Assembly: GCA_943789275.1 (NCBI GenBank)
Contig: CALSTM010000002.1
Coordinates: forward strand, 330,001-362,000
Direction: 5' to 3'
Source: Candidatus Poseidoniaceae archaeon
GTDB lineage: Archaea; Thermoplasmatota; Poseidoniia; Poseidoniales; Poseidoniaceae
DNA: 32,000 nucleotides
The notes beneath the pieces are model-generated. The model was not told the origin of the DNA and did not search any database. It saw only the letters and a program-made list of their open reading frames with translations. The position numbers and the translations under genes were made by a program. Shown piece after piece: positions 1 to 8,207 of the stretch; the stretch's first letter is position 1, and every line of letters begins with the position of its first letter.

Positions 1-995
1 AGTCCGCCAGTTGCGGAATCCTGAACCAGTTGACGAACAGCAGGTCCGCCGCCGAGGTGGTCAGCCAGATACATCGTGAAGATGAAACCTGCACCGTAAT
101 CTGCAAACCGTTGGTTCCACCAGCGAACCGAAAGTTCTGAAGATTGAGTCCACTGGTTGAGATGGCTTACAAGCGTCGAGTCTGCTCCAAAGCAGAGGTA
201 AATAGCGACATCAGCGTTACCCTCATCGATCCAGAGGTTTTCATATGGATCTTGGGCATTGTGCAGAAGGTGCTCAAGTTCGTGGGCAAGAATGGATTTA
301 CCCCAAGAGAGCGTAACGTCTGCGTAATCAACGTAGACAGCTTCGCGGGCACTGGAGAGCGAAGGAGCAAAGTAACCGCCGATGTTGTAGGCACCATCGA
401 TGTCGTAAATGACAATTTGAACCTGACAATTGTTGTCAACATCGGGTGGAGCAAGTCCTCGACCGTCTTGGTAGTCCTTGCCGTAATAGGTGGTCATTGT
501 TGGATAAATGGTTTGGTCCCATGAAGAGGCGAGATTGTTGAGAACTGTTGAACTCAATGTTCGACCGGATTGTACCAAGAACGCTACAGTCGTCGTCGTC
601 TTAGCGACATAGGTGTCAATTGAACCACCTGAGGTAGGGACCGTCAATTGGTCGTTGACAATGTGAGGGGAGCATGCCCTCCCAGCAGCACGCCCGGAGG
701 TAACAGGCTCGTAGGACATGTCTTCAACGCCAGGTCGGCCGGCATCGATCCACTCCTGTTTGAGGAATGAAAAGGCAGAAACAACGGGTTGTTCCTCTTC
801 AATCATGAGATATTGGTTGCCCATTTCCAGTTCGAAATCAGCCACATCACCGATGACTATGCCACCGGCATCGTAAGGCAGCACCTCATATGTTTCCTCT
901 GATTCTGCGCTAACATTGAGGAGAAGTGGAGAGACACCTGAGACAAAGAGCAGCAGCACGAGGAGCATGGCGGTATTGGAGCGTAGTTCCGACAT
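1..995 (-). CDS. Exported zinc metalloprotease (MA-clan gluzincin-like, HEXXH); C-terminus lies beyond the left edge of the window
   Basis: The minus-strand frame is open from the ATG at 995-993 to the window edge. It is absent from the ORF track, presumably because it is truncated. My own translation starts MSELRSNTAMLLVLLLFVSGVSPLLLNVSA, which looks like a signal peptide. It contains ILAHELEHLLHNAQDPYENLWIDEGNADV, with HELEH encoded at 270-284 in the same codon phase as 995. This is the HEXXH plus downstream WxxEG glutamate pattern of gluzincins. A TGAGGT SD-like motif lies about 10 nt upstream of the ATG. Confidence 0.7.
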   Translation of the reverse strand, partial: MSELRSNTAMLLVLLLFVSGVSPLLLNVSAESEETYEVLPYDAGGIVIGDVADFELEMGNQYLMIEEEQPVVSAFSFLKQEWIDAGRPGVEDMSYEPVTSGRAAGRACSPHIVNDQLTVPTSGGSIDTYVAKTTTTVAFLVQSGRTLSSTVLNNLASSWDQTIYPTMTTYYGKDYQDGRGLAPPDVDNNCQVQIVIYDIDGAYNIGGYFAPSLSSAREAVYVDYADVTLSWGKSILAHELEHLLHNAQDPYENLWIDEGNADVAIYLCFGADSTLVSHLNQWTQSSELSVRWWNQRFADYGAGFIFTMYLADHLGGGPAVRQLVQDSATGG

Positions 996-1051
996 TTATG
1001 GGACCTCAAAGAACAGCAAGACTGCTAACATCTACACCAGTCGAAAAGAGG

Positions 1052-1059
1052 TATTTAAG
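1052..1059 (+). promoter_or_regulatory. TATA-box-like element (TATTTAAG) preceded by a purine-rich BRE-like CGAAAAGAGG
   Basis: It lies 24-31 nt upstream of the ATG at 1083, a spacing typical of archaeal leaderless transcripts. It sits in the 87-bp divergent intergenic region 996-1082. Confidence 0.35.
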
Positions 1060-1082
1060 AGTGGGTCTATGAGGCTTCATAC

Positions 1083-2342
1083 ATGCTCATGCCTAAACCG
1101 ACGGTTTTTGCAACTGGTTGGAGGAAACCAACTGTTGCGATTCTCCTCATACTGTGTCTATGCAGTACCCCATTTACTGCTCAAGCAGACAAGGTACATT
1201 CACCCTACCAACCGGTTGAGATGTGCGGATTTGTCGATGATTTAAGTTTCAACGGAACCTTAGCCAACCAATCGGTTCAGTGGCAATCAAGTCTCGGGCC
1301 TCGAACAATCGGTTCTGATGCCTCTGCCCTCTTCCGCTCATCGGTTGAAGAAAACGTGACTGGATGGAACCAAGAAAACTTGACTCACTGGAACGTAAGT
1401 ATGCACGAATATACTGTTGAAAATCTTACCTTTACCAATATACAAGCCTCACTGAGGCCAGCCAACTTCAGTGAAACTACGCCAAGAATTGTCTTGGTTG
1501 CCCACTACGACAGCAGAGATGCCGCTGAACGAGACCCTGACATGAATCGTACAGGTGAACCAATTATCGGGGCCAACGACGGGGCCAGTGGAGCTGCAGC
1601 ACTCCTCGAATTAGCTCGAATCATTCCACCAATGCAACTTGACTATGAGGTCGAATTGTTGTGGACCGATGCTGAGGACAAAAACCACAAACCACACACT
1701 TTCTTTGGCGCAGACGCTTGGGGTGGAGACCAAACCGAGGTAGATATCAACCGTACCGATGCATACATCGTGCTCGATATGATTGGTGATGCCGACCTTC
1801 AACTGACCCATATATGGCCAGGGAATGGTTCTCTGTGGAGCACCATAACCCCACTCGCACAATCACTCGGAATGGTCGAAGGGCATCCGGATTGTAAGGG
1901 AGTTCCCGGCGTGAAGATTCTTGATATGAACACCTCATTCGGCGTATCAGACGACCATCTCGCTGCACTTGAGATTGGCATTCCTGCTATCGACCTTATC
2001 GATATTCGGTTTGGGCCGAATGCTACGGCGTTCGGAGGTTACTGGCACACTCACGAAGACACTCCTGACAAAGTTAGCGCCGAATCACTGCAAACTGTAG
2101 GGCGATTAGTCGAATTGGGGCTCAAAAGCAACGCTTGGATTTGGAACGCTTCAATACGGCAGTATGCTGCAGAAACAGCAGAAACCGAACCCGTGGTGGA
2201 ACAAGAACTCAATGAAGACCGGGATGACGAACTGGAGCCAAAATCGTATCCACTCTTGGCTTTTATCGCTGGCTCTTCGGTAGTGGTTCTACTTGCATCC
2301 ATCTTGGTTTTAAATTGGCAATTTAGAAAAACTGTGAAGTGA
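1083..2342 (+). CDS. M28-family metallopeptidase (aminopeptidase / glutaminyl-cyclase-like) with N-terminal signal peptide and C-terminal TM anchor
   Basis: Motifs: VLVAHYDSRD, GANDGASGAAALLELARI, LLWTDAEDK, VLDMIGDAD, SDDHLAALEIGIPAIDLID and YWHTHEDTPD. These are M28 zinc-ligand and catalytic blocks. The N-terminus TVAILLILCLCSTPFTAQA is signal-like. The C-terminus is an acidic linker, then LLAFIAGSSVVVLLASILVL, then RKTVK. Confidence 0.8.
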   Translation: MLMPKPTVFATGWRKPTVAILLILCLCSTPFTAQADKVHSPYQPVEMCGFVDDLSFNGTLANQSVQWQSSLGPRTIGSDASALFRSSVEENVTGWNQENLTHWNVSMHEYTVENLTFTNIQASLRPANFSETTPRIVLVAHYDSRDAAERDPDMNRTGEPIIGANDGASGAAALLELARIIPPMQLDYEVELLWTDAEDKNHKPHTFFGADAWGGDQTEVDINRTDAYIVLDMIGDADLQLTHIWPGNGSLWSTITPLAQSLGMVEGHPDCKGVPGVKILDMNTSFGVSDDHLAALEIGIPAIDLIDIRFGPNATAFGGYWHTHEDTPDKVSAESLQTVGRLVELGLKSNAWIWNASIRQYAAETAETEPVVEQELNEDRDDELEPKSYPLLAFIAGSSVVVLLASILVLNWQFRKTVK

Positions 2343-2405
2343 TTTGGCGCGGCAAGTGAAGGGAAGGGTATTATCCGCGCATGAGTTGTCAAGGATAAGG
2401 CGGAG

Positions 2406-3293
2406 GTGAGGAGAGTGGATGAAACGGAGATGGAAGAACGACGCGCTGCCCTTCGCTCCCGCGTTCAATCGCAACTTGAAGCATCGCAAGCTGCAACCAA
2501 ATCTCGGAAGCAGGCGGCCAGTGAAGAGTTGGTAGTGGAATCTTCAGAACTGGAACGAGCGGTGGAAAAAGCGACCGTGCTGTTTCAAGAGAAAATCGAA
2601 GAACTGGATCACTCTGACCGTTCACGAATCCTCACACTTGCGGCCTCGTTAATTTTGATTGGAAGCATTTTCGGCATGGCAACCGGTGCGTTAATTCTCA
2701 ACGGAAATCCGGACGAATTGTTGAACTCCACGCTCTTTGAAACAACGGACACGGTGGGATTGACTGGATTAGCAGTCGAGGCCGTGGAGGGAAACGGTGT
2801 AGAAAATGTCACCGTACAATTGCTACGGTTTGGAACCGAGGAAATAATTGGAGATACACTGACCGATGAGTATGGATATTTCAATTTCCAAAATGTGCTT
2901 ACTCAACCTACTACAATGCGAGTGATTGCCGACGGGTACGTCACAGTCGAGCGAGATTTCGTTCCTGAGGAAGCGGGCGTCCGACCCATCACCATGACGC
3001 CAGGAGACGGGGAACGGTACGAAAACCACATCGCAAATAACGACGGATGGACTTTAGAATCAGCAGTGGGACTTTCGACCGCCATCGGTGTGATTACCGT
3101 GATGACGGCTTTTGTCGGATTCCAGGCGGCAGTTGAAGTTCGACGGGCAAAGCATTATCGGAGAACACAATACTTAGCAGGCATTTCTCTGTTCAGTCGC
3201 GGTCTTATCGTATTCGGGCCACTGCTTATTTTGATTGGAATGATTATGCTGGTCATCGCCAAGGAACAATTTAGCGATGTTGGTGATGATTGA
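2406..3293 (+). CDS. Membrane protein with a carboxypeptidase-regulatory-like (Ig-like beta-sandwich) ectodomain
   Basis: There are three predicted TM helices: ILTLAASLILIGSIFGMATGALIL, AVGLSTAIGVITVMTAFVGF and GLIVFGPLLILIGMIMLVIA. Between them lies VTVQLLRFGTEEIIGDTLTDEYGYFNFQNV...MRVIADGYVTVERDF, a CarboxypepD_reg-like pattern. The start is uncertain: GTG 2406, in-frame GTG 2415 (which has GGAGGTGA just upstream) or ATG 2430. Confidence 0.55.
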   Translation: MRRVDETEMEERRAALRSRVQSQLEASQAATKSRKQAASEELVVESSELERAVEKATVLFQEKIEELDHSDRSRILTLAASLILIGSIFGMATGALILNGNPDELLNSTLFETTDTVGLTGLAVEAVEGNGVENVTVQLLRFGTEEIIGDTLTDEYGYFNFQNVLTQPTTMRVIADGYVTVERDFVPEEAGVRPITMTPGDGERYENHIANNDGWTLESAVGLSTAIGVITVMTAFVGFQAAVEVRRAKHYRRTQYLAGISLFSRGLIVFGPLLILIGMIMLVIAKEQFSDVGDD

Positions 3294-4651
3294 TGTACCT
3301 CATCACGGTTGAAGGCGGTGACGGTTCGGGAAAAGGCGAGGCTGCTCGAATACTTCTCGAACTGGCTGCTGAATACCCGTTTCCTGAAGTCCACGCCACT
3401 CACGAGCCAAGAAGGCACAGCGAACTCGGTAAGTTAGCCCTTACATCGGTCAAACTCGGGAATAAAACCCCGCTCGAAGAAGCGGGCCTGTTTGCCGCAG
3501 ATCGACTCGACCATTCCCATACATGGATACGACCGCTCTTGCAAAAAGGACACATTGTAATATCAGACAGAAATATTCACTCCTCCCTTATTTACCAAGG
3601 CATTGTTGGCGACCTCGGTGTCGAGCAGGTGGCTAAAATGAATGCTGCTGCAATGATTCCAGACCTTGTGCTTTGGATTGATTGTGACCCAGACAAGGCA
3701 ATGAAGCGAATTGAATCCGGGACTTTGAGAATGAACAGTGAAAAACAAGAGTATTTTGAAACTGCGGCGATTCAGCGCACCATTCGTAGAGGATTCACCG
3801 ACTTGCTGTCGGGTGACATCAAAGCACCCTCTCCGTTCGATAAATGCAATGTAGTTGGACCAATATTGAATGAAGGCGGGTTGGATGAACTGAAGAAGAA
3901 ATTACGAAAAGAACTGCGTGCCTTTTTCAATCGAAAACCAGCACCTTTGAACGTCGTTGCTGATGAAGTGGACAGGCACCTGCTTCGGACACTGGTTGCC
4001 GACGTAAAGAAACAGACTCGCCTTCCAGGCGCACCTCAAGAAAAGACGGGAATCCACATTGGATGGTTATCAGGCCGTTCACCCGCTGAATGGATGAAGT
4101 ATGCCGAAGAAAAATGGGATGCTGAGCATGCAGGTGGTTTTGATGTGCCTGCAGCCCCTCACGCCCACTCATGTTGGTCGGTTCTAGGAACACTTTCCCT
4201 GATTGTTGGCTCGTGTGAAGTGCCTCGACTTCACAAGGCATTTGGACCTCATAGAATGGTGACACAACGCCATACTCAACGCCTCATCAAGTGGCTTGAA
4301 AAAACACGATGGATTCACAAGCAGCAATCGCACGTTCCGTTTGCTGAAGCTCAAGTTTTCAAACTCCGTGACAGCCGTTTGGGATACGGTAGGCTTGCCT
4401 TGGCGATGTGGCCGTTACGTTCCAACCTTGCCTCTTGGAGAAGAGCAAACCCCGAAGCCGACTGGGAAACTGCATTGCGTTCATTGCTTGTTCCAGAAGA
4501 AGGAAGACAACCTCGTCCTTCGGTGCGTAAGGCCATCGAACACATCTGCAAACGATTGGAGATGTTGAGCAGTGGCCATGAAAATTGTCCGGTTCCAACG
4601 ACCATCGACGAAATCTTAGCATGGTGGGAAACTCCACCTCCAAAGTCATGA
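3293..4651 (+). CDS. tmk: Thymidylate kinase-like N-terminal domain fused to a basic, Trp-rich C-terminal domain of about 240 aa with unknown function
   Basis: Tmk-family blocks: YLITVEGGDGSGKGEAARIL (P-loop), HEPRR, LFAADRLDH, SDRNIHSSLIYQG and PDLVLWIDCDPDKAMKRI. The ATG at 3293 overlaps the upstream TGA (TGATG). The track start at 3290 is a TTG one codon upstream. The C-terminal half, from roughly aa 215 onward, contains no motif I recognise. Confidence 0.7.
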   Translation: MYLITVEGGDGSGKGEAARILLELAAEYPFPEVHATHEPRRHSELGKLALTSVKLGNKTPLEEAGLFAADRLDHSHTWIRPLLQKGHIVISDRNIHSSLIYQGIVGDLGVEQVAKMNAAAMIPDLVLWIDCDPDKAMKRIESGTLRMNSEKQEYFETAAIQRTIRRGFTDLLSGDIKAPSPFDKCNVVGPILNEGGLDELKKKLRKELRAFFNRKPAPLNVVADEVDRHLLRTLVADVKKQTRLPGAPQEKTGIHIGWLSGRSPAEWMKYAEEKWDAEHAGGFDVPAAPHAHSCWSVLGTLSLIVGSCEVPRLHKAFGPHRMVTQRHTQRLIKWLEKTRWIHKQQSHVPFAEAQVFKLRDSRLGYGRLALAMWPLRSNLASWRRANPEADWETALRSLLVPEEGRQPRPSVRKAIEHICKRLEMLSSGHENCPVPTTIDEILAWWETPPPKS

Positions 4652-5413
4652 TTACTCTTCTTCGTTTTGAAGTTCGAACTTGGCATTGGCTGGTAAAACA
4701 ACTTCACTTGCATTCTTGAAGAAATTTGGACGAGCAGAGTAGGCTGCAGCGGTTAGAATTGCAATTCCAAAGCCGAAAGGCGCACCTGTCAACGGTCGAG
4801 TGATGTTGTTTGATTCATAGCCTGTAAGCAATTGAGTAAAGCCATCAAGCAGCAAGGGAATACAGAGAAGGCTTCCTAAACCTATCCAAGCCATCGTCCT
4901 GCGATTTGTTCTATAGATTCCCTCAAGCCAAGCATCCGGAAGGAGAGAAAGACATGAGTCTCGTACAGTCCATCGATTGTAGCCAAACCGTGAATACACC
5001 AGACCACCCATTGCTAGACCGAAGAAAATACCGACATCACGGGTACAAACAGGCATCTGATTCTCATTGAGCACCCATGACCTCTCGTGTTTGTTATGGC
5101 AGTTGAGATCTCCGAACATGTAGATGAATCCACTGTATGGGTCAAGTTCCGTCCAAGCAAACGGCTCGTGAAGATGAATCGAGCCATCCTCGTGAACATG
5201 CTTCAGGCCCTCTTGTGAATTACCTCCAGAGAAAGCGCCGTCTGCAGTTGCATAATCCAGTGCGTTTGCACGGGCGCCAAGTTCAGGAACACTGCCGGTC
5301 GGTAGGAGAAAAGGTGTAAGGAAAAAAGAAATGAAGAAAAAGGCGCTTACGCCAAACACCCATCGGCCCACCTTGCGTTCTCGGTTACGGTCCGCCAAAC
5401 CGTTTTTCTCCAT
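4652..5413 (-). CDS. DUF2085-family integral membrane protein
   Basis: CHNKHERSWVLNENQMPVCTRDVGIFFGLAMGG matches the DUF2085 signature (CHQ..ERSF....PVCARCtGIY.G). It has multiple TM helices. I prefer the ATG at 5413 (MEKNGLADRN...) over the track start at 5503, because the longer version would overlap the divergent neighbour. Confidence 0.6.
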   Translation of the reverse strand: MEKNGLADRNRERKVGRWVFGVSAFFFISFFLTPFLLPTGSVPELGARANALDYATADGAFSGGNSQEGLKHVHEDGSIHLHEPFAWTELDPYSGFIYMFGDLNCHNKHERSWVLNENQMPVCTRDVGIFFGLAMGGLVYSRFGYNRWTVRDSCLSLLPDAWLEGIYRTNRRTMAWIGLGSLLCIPLLLDGFTQLLTGYESNNITRPLTGAPFGFGIAILTAAAYSARPNFFKNASEVVLPANAKFELQNEEE

Positions 5414-5495
5414 GAGCAACGCAACGACCCATAACCCATCAAGTTTGGTACGAATAAATGCGAGTATTGATGAGCAGCACCAGCCTCGTCGAGAT

Positions 5496-6128
5496 ATGAG
5501 CACGAAGGAGGGTGAACCGGTTGGCTTGGGAACTGGTTTGCAGGCCGGGGCATTTATGGGGCTCTACCTCGGATTCAGTTTATCTGTTGTATCCGTGCTC
5601 ACCGATCCGAGTCAACTGCAACGACTTGCTACACTAATGTGCATACCACCGATGCTTGGTGCCATACTCTTAGGACCGTTCCTTGCCCGAAGAAAACGCC
5701 CAGTTTTCCTTGGGAGTAAGCCGCTTCAGGTGGCGCGTGAATTGTTGAACCCGTTCAACGAGGGACAGGGCCACTGGCGAGTTTTGAGTCACGTCAAAAG
5801 CGATGGGATGTCCATACGAATCGATATGCACAACTTGACCAATGTAGTTGGTGTAGTCGATGCGGCATTGGAACTGGCGGACCATCACTCTGTACGGTTC
5901 ATTGTAGGCCAAGGAGTGGCTAACAGCCGCCAACCAGAACTTCGGGCCAAAGTTCTCAACAGAATCGAAGAAAAAGTCAGTGTTGCTCGCCGTAAAAGAA
6001 GCGCTAAATCAATTGAAGTTTCCCCTGAACCGACGGTCAAATATGTCGATCAACAAAGAAAAATCAACCGTGCTATCTTGATACTTTTACCCATTTTTTC
6101 CTTCTTCGCTTGGCTTGAAATGCGTTAA
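5496..6128 (+). CDS. Membrane protein with a possible degenerate Smr-like domain
   Basis: I prefer the ATG at 5496 (MSTKEGEPVG...). The track ORF from 5331 would overlap the DUF2085 gene in antisense. There are two N-terminal TM helices and one C-terminal TM helix. The central IRIDMHNLTNVVGVVDAALELADHHSVRFIVGQGVANS...LRAKVLNRI loosely resembles Smr (LDLHG...IIHGKG), with HG changed to HN and HGKG changed to GQG. Confidence 0.45.
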   Translation: MSTKEGEPVGLGTGLQAGAFMGLYLGFSLSVVSVLTDPSQLQRLATLMCIPPMLGAILLGPFLARRKRPVFLGSKPLQVARELLNPFNEGQGHWRVLSHVKSDGMSIRIDMHNLTNVVGVVDAALELADHHSVRFIVGQGVANSRQPELRAKVLNRIEEKVSVARRKRSAKSIEVSPEPTVKYVDQQRKINRAILILLPIFSFFAWLEMR

Positions 6129-6172
6129 CAGACCGGGATATTACTTAAACATGCGAAGGCTGTCCATAGACC

Positions 6173-7099
6173 ATGCGCGAAGTTACATTCTTTTGGAAAA
6201 TCAACCGTGTTGAGCATTTAGACATAGGCTTGGTTGTCAAAATTTTTCGCCGAATCGAATTTCTATCCTATGTCAAAAGAGTACCAAAAGATGTTCGCTG
6301 CCTCATGAAATGCCATTTCGTTGATGGGAAAGGACCTGAAGATATCTCCGAGTTGTACTTCGTTGATTTTTTGGAGACCATTGTGAAGCCTGATACACCA
6401 GATGAACCGTATATCCTCATGCTACGGTTCAATCACTCGCTAACGAATTTGAATGCACGAACCAACGGTACAAGCGCTGTTCCGAACGAGTGTTATCTCG
6501 ACGGAGAAGGACTTCACTATACAATCCAAGGACCGAAATTAAAGCTGAGACTCATCTCAGGCTTAGCCCGAATGATAGCAAAACCCGACCGAATAAGTGC
6601 ACGCAGCATACACACATCACTCAGCAGCGCAAATGGCGCTTTGTCGCCCAAACAAATGAAACTCGCCAAATTTGCTTACGATCAAGGATACTTTGACATC
6701 CCGAAAAGAACACGGATTTCGGATTTGTCCAATGAATTAGGGCTTGCTCGTGCAACGGTTTCCGAACACATGGCCAAAATCGAATCAACGGTCATGGATG
6801 ATATGTTCTCGTCGTTGGACAACGTCTATCTCTCTCCGGAATCCGTCCGTAAATGCATCGAAACGATGGTCATCGATGCACGAGATATCGGTTTTTCAAA
6901 CACAGACGGTTTCCGTGAAATGATGAGCTTGATGCGTTCAAATCTGGAAAAGGAACTTTCAGCACAAGAGTTGTATCTGCAAAAGCGTCACGGTAGCGAT
7001 GATGAACTCATTCAAGCAAGCATGGATGAACATCGTCATAATCTCTCTCATATCGATGAAATACTGAGGTCGAAAGATTCCCAAACGGCAACCATTTGA
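6173..7099 (+). CDS. HTH_10 (bacterio-opsin-activator-type) transcriptional regulator
   Basis: LSPKQMKLAKFAYDQGYFDIPKRTRISDLSNELGLARATVSEHMAKIESTVMDDMF is the characteristic HTH_10 block seen in halobacterial Bat/DmsR-like regulators. The N-terminal sensor-like domain of about 160 aa is unassigned. Confidence 0.7.
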   Translation: MREVTFFWKINRVEHLDIGLVVKIFRRIEFLSYVKRVPKDVRCLMKCHFVDGKGPEDISELYFVDFLETIVKPDTPDEPYILMLRFNHSLTNLNARTNGTSAVPNECYLDGEGLHYTIQGPKLKLRLISGLARMIAKPDRISARSIHTSLSSANGALSPKQMKLAKFAYDQGYFDIPKRTRISDLSNELGLARATVSEHMAKIESTVMDDMFSSLDNVYLSPESVRKCIETMVIDARDIGFSNTDGFREMMSLMRSNLEKELSAQELYLQKRHGSDDELIQASMDEHRHNLSHIDEILRSKDSQTATI

Positions 7100-7147
7100 G
7101 ATGATTCTAGCCCATCCTTTACATGGGCCGGGGATTTTAACACATCC

Positions 7148-8134
7148 ATGACGGACATGCCCGGCTTGCTGCGGCGCCTTGAGAAAGGCGGCATTGAAGT
7201 CCCTGCTCACGTTCAAAAAGCAATGCTGGACATCGATGTTGCCGACTTTACCGACTACGATGTTGAACCTTTTTTTGCCGACCGCCCAATTCCTTTTCTT
7301 GAAACCGATGAAGGTGGCATCAAGACCATCTCTGCACCGCACATGATTGCAACTCTATTGCATCATCTGGAATTATCTGAGGGGCAAGAAGTCGTAGTAC
7401 TCGGCGCAAAAGGCGGCTATGTCGCTGCATTGATTGCCATGATTGTTGGTGAGAACGGTCGAGTTCGTCTGCTTGACCCCTCTCAATTGGCCGTTGAGCA
7501 CGTCCAATCCCGCCTCACACACTGGCCAACCGTTGAATCACGAGTTTTGGAAGCGGTTGAAGTTGCGCCTGTAGCGTTCCCGGGGGAATTGAACCGAGTA
7601 CTGATCACAGGACAAATCCGTGAATTGCCTGAATGGCTTTCGTCACGAATCGTCGACGGGGGATTTGCCCTTGCTCCGCTTGGCAACACTGCAGGCCAGC
7701 ACTTGATGAAAGTCGAACGTCAGGGCGATGAGATGTTCTCAACCGACTTAGGACCGGTCTCGTTTGGCCCCATTGATGTCAGAGATACTGAAACTGGCCC
7801 AATGAACCCCTATGAACTGGCTGATTTACTCGAATTAACCCTTGAAACATGTGAAGAACTCGACATGGCGAATGAAGACGAACGTATTGCTTTGCAAGAC
7901 CTCATTGTCGAACTGCGCCAACTTCCTGCAGACTTACCGCCACCTGGAGAAGGTGGCATTTCAATGGGTGAACATCCAATGTTCCAGTTGATGTGGGAAG
8001 CTGCTCCTTCTTTCCTGCGCCTTTGGCCAATGGTGCAATTGATGTTGCGTCCAAACCTTGCTCAACCCGGTGCTGAAGGCTGGAATGAAGATGATGGCGA
8101 TGACGGTCCGCATTTTGACGAGTTCAAGCGTTAA
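7148..8134 (+). CDS. Protein-L-isoaspartate O-methyltransferase (PIMT)-like protein with a degenerate SAM motif and an acidic C-terminal extension
   Basis: TISAPHMIATLLHHLELSEGQEVVVLGAKGGYVAALIAMIVG aligns to the PIMT core (vSAPHM...LEvGTGSGy.aAl). Motif I reads VVLGAKGG (nt 7391-7420) instead of LEVGTGSG. About 110 extra C-terminal residues are rich in D/E. Confidence 0.7.
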   Translation: MTDMPGLLRRLEKGGIEVPAHVQKAMLDIDVADFTDYDVEPFFADRPIPFLETDEGGIKTISAPHMIATLLHHLELSEGQEVVVLGAKGGYVAALIAMIVGENGRVRLLDPSQLAVEHVQSRLTHWPTVESRVLEAVEVAPVAFPGELNRVLITGQIRELPEWLSSRIVDGGFALAPLGNTAGQHLMKVERQGDEMFSTDLGPVSFGPIDVRDTETGPMNPYELADLLELTLETCEELDMANEDERIALQDLIVELRQLPADLPPPGEGGISMGEHPMFQLMWEAAPSFLRLWPMVQLMLRPNLAQPGAEGWNEDDGDDGPHFDEFKR

Positions 8135-8207
8135 TGTCGAAACGCATCTACTACGTTTGAACAAGAGCGATGCACATCCCTATGAGGCACCGTCATCTCC
8201 GTAAGCC

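Noticed and set aside
144-524. Track ORFs 144-524 (+) and 167-454 (-) as independent genes
   Set aside because: Both lie inside the long edge-truncated minus-strand frame that encodes the HEXXH metalloprotease. Their translations are low-complexity or motif-free, so they are shadow ORFs.
916-1245. 109-aa plus-strand ORF spanning the divergent promoter region
   Set aside because: It overlaps the 5' ends of two well-supported genes and the promoter between them. It has no recognisable motifs.
2347-2380. GCGCGG ... CCGCGC inverted repeat after the M28 gene, as a terminator
   Set aside because: It has a 6-bp stem with a 22-nt loop and no following T-tract. Chance occurrence is plausible, and the downstream gene may be co-transcribed.
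5331-5495. N-terminal extension of the 5331-6128 ORF (MKKKALTPNTHRPTLRS...)
   Set aside because: It would run antisense through the 5' part of the DUF2085 gene. The extension is basic and low-complexity. An internal ATG at 5496 gives a sensible TM-protein N-terminus and leaves an 82-bp divergent promoter.
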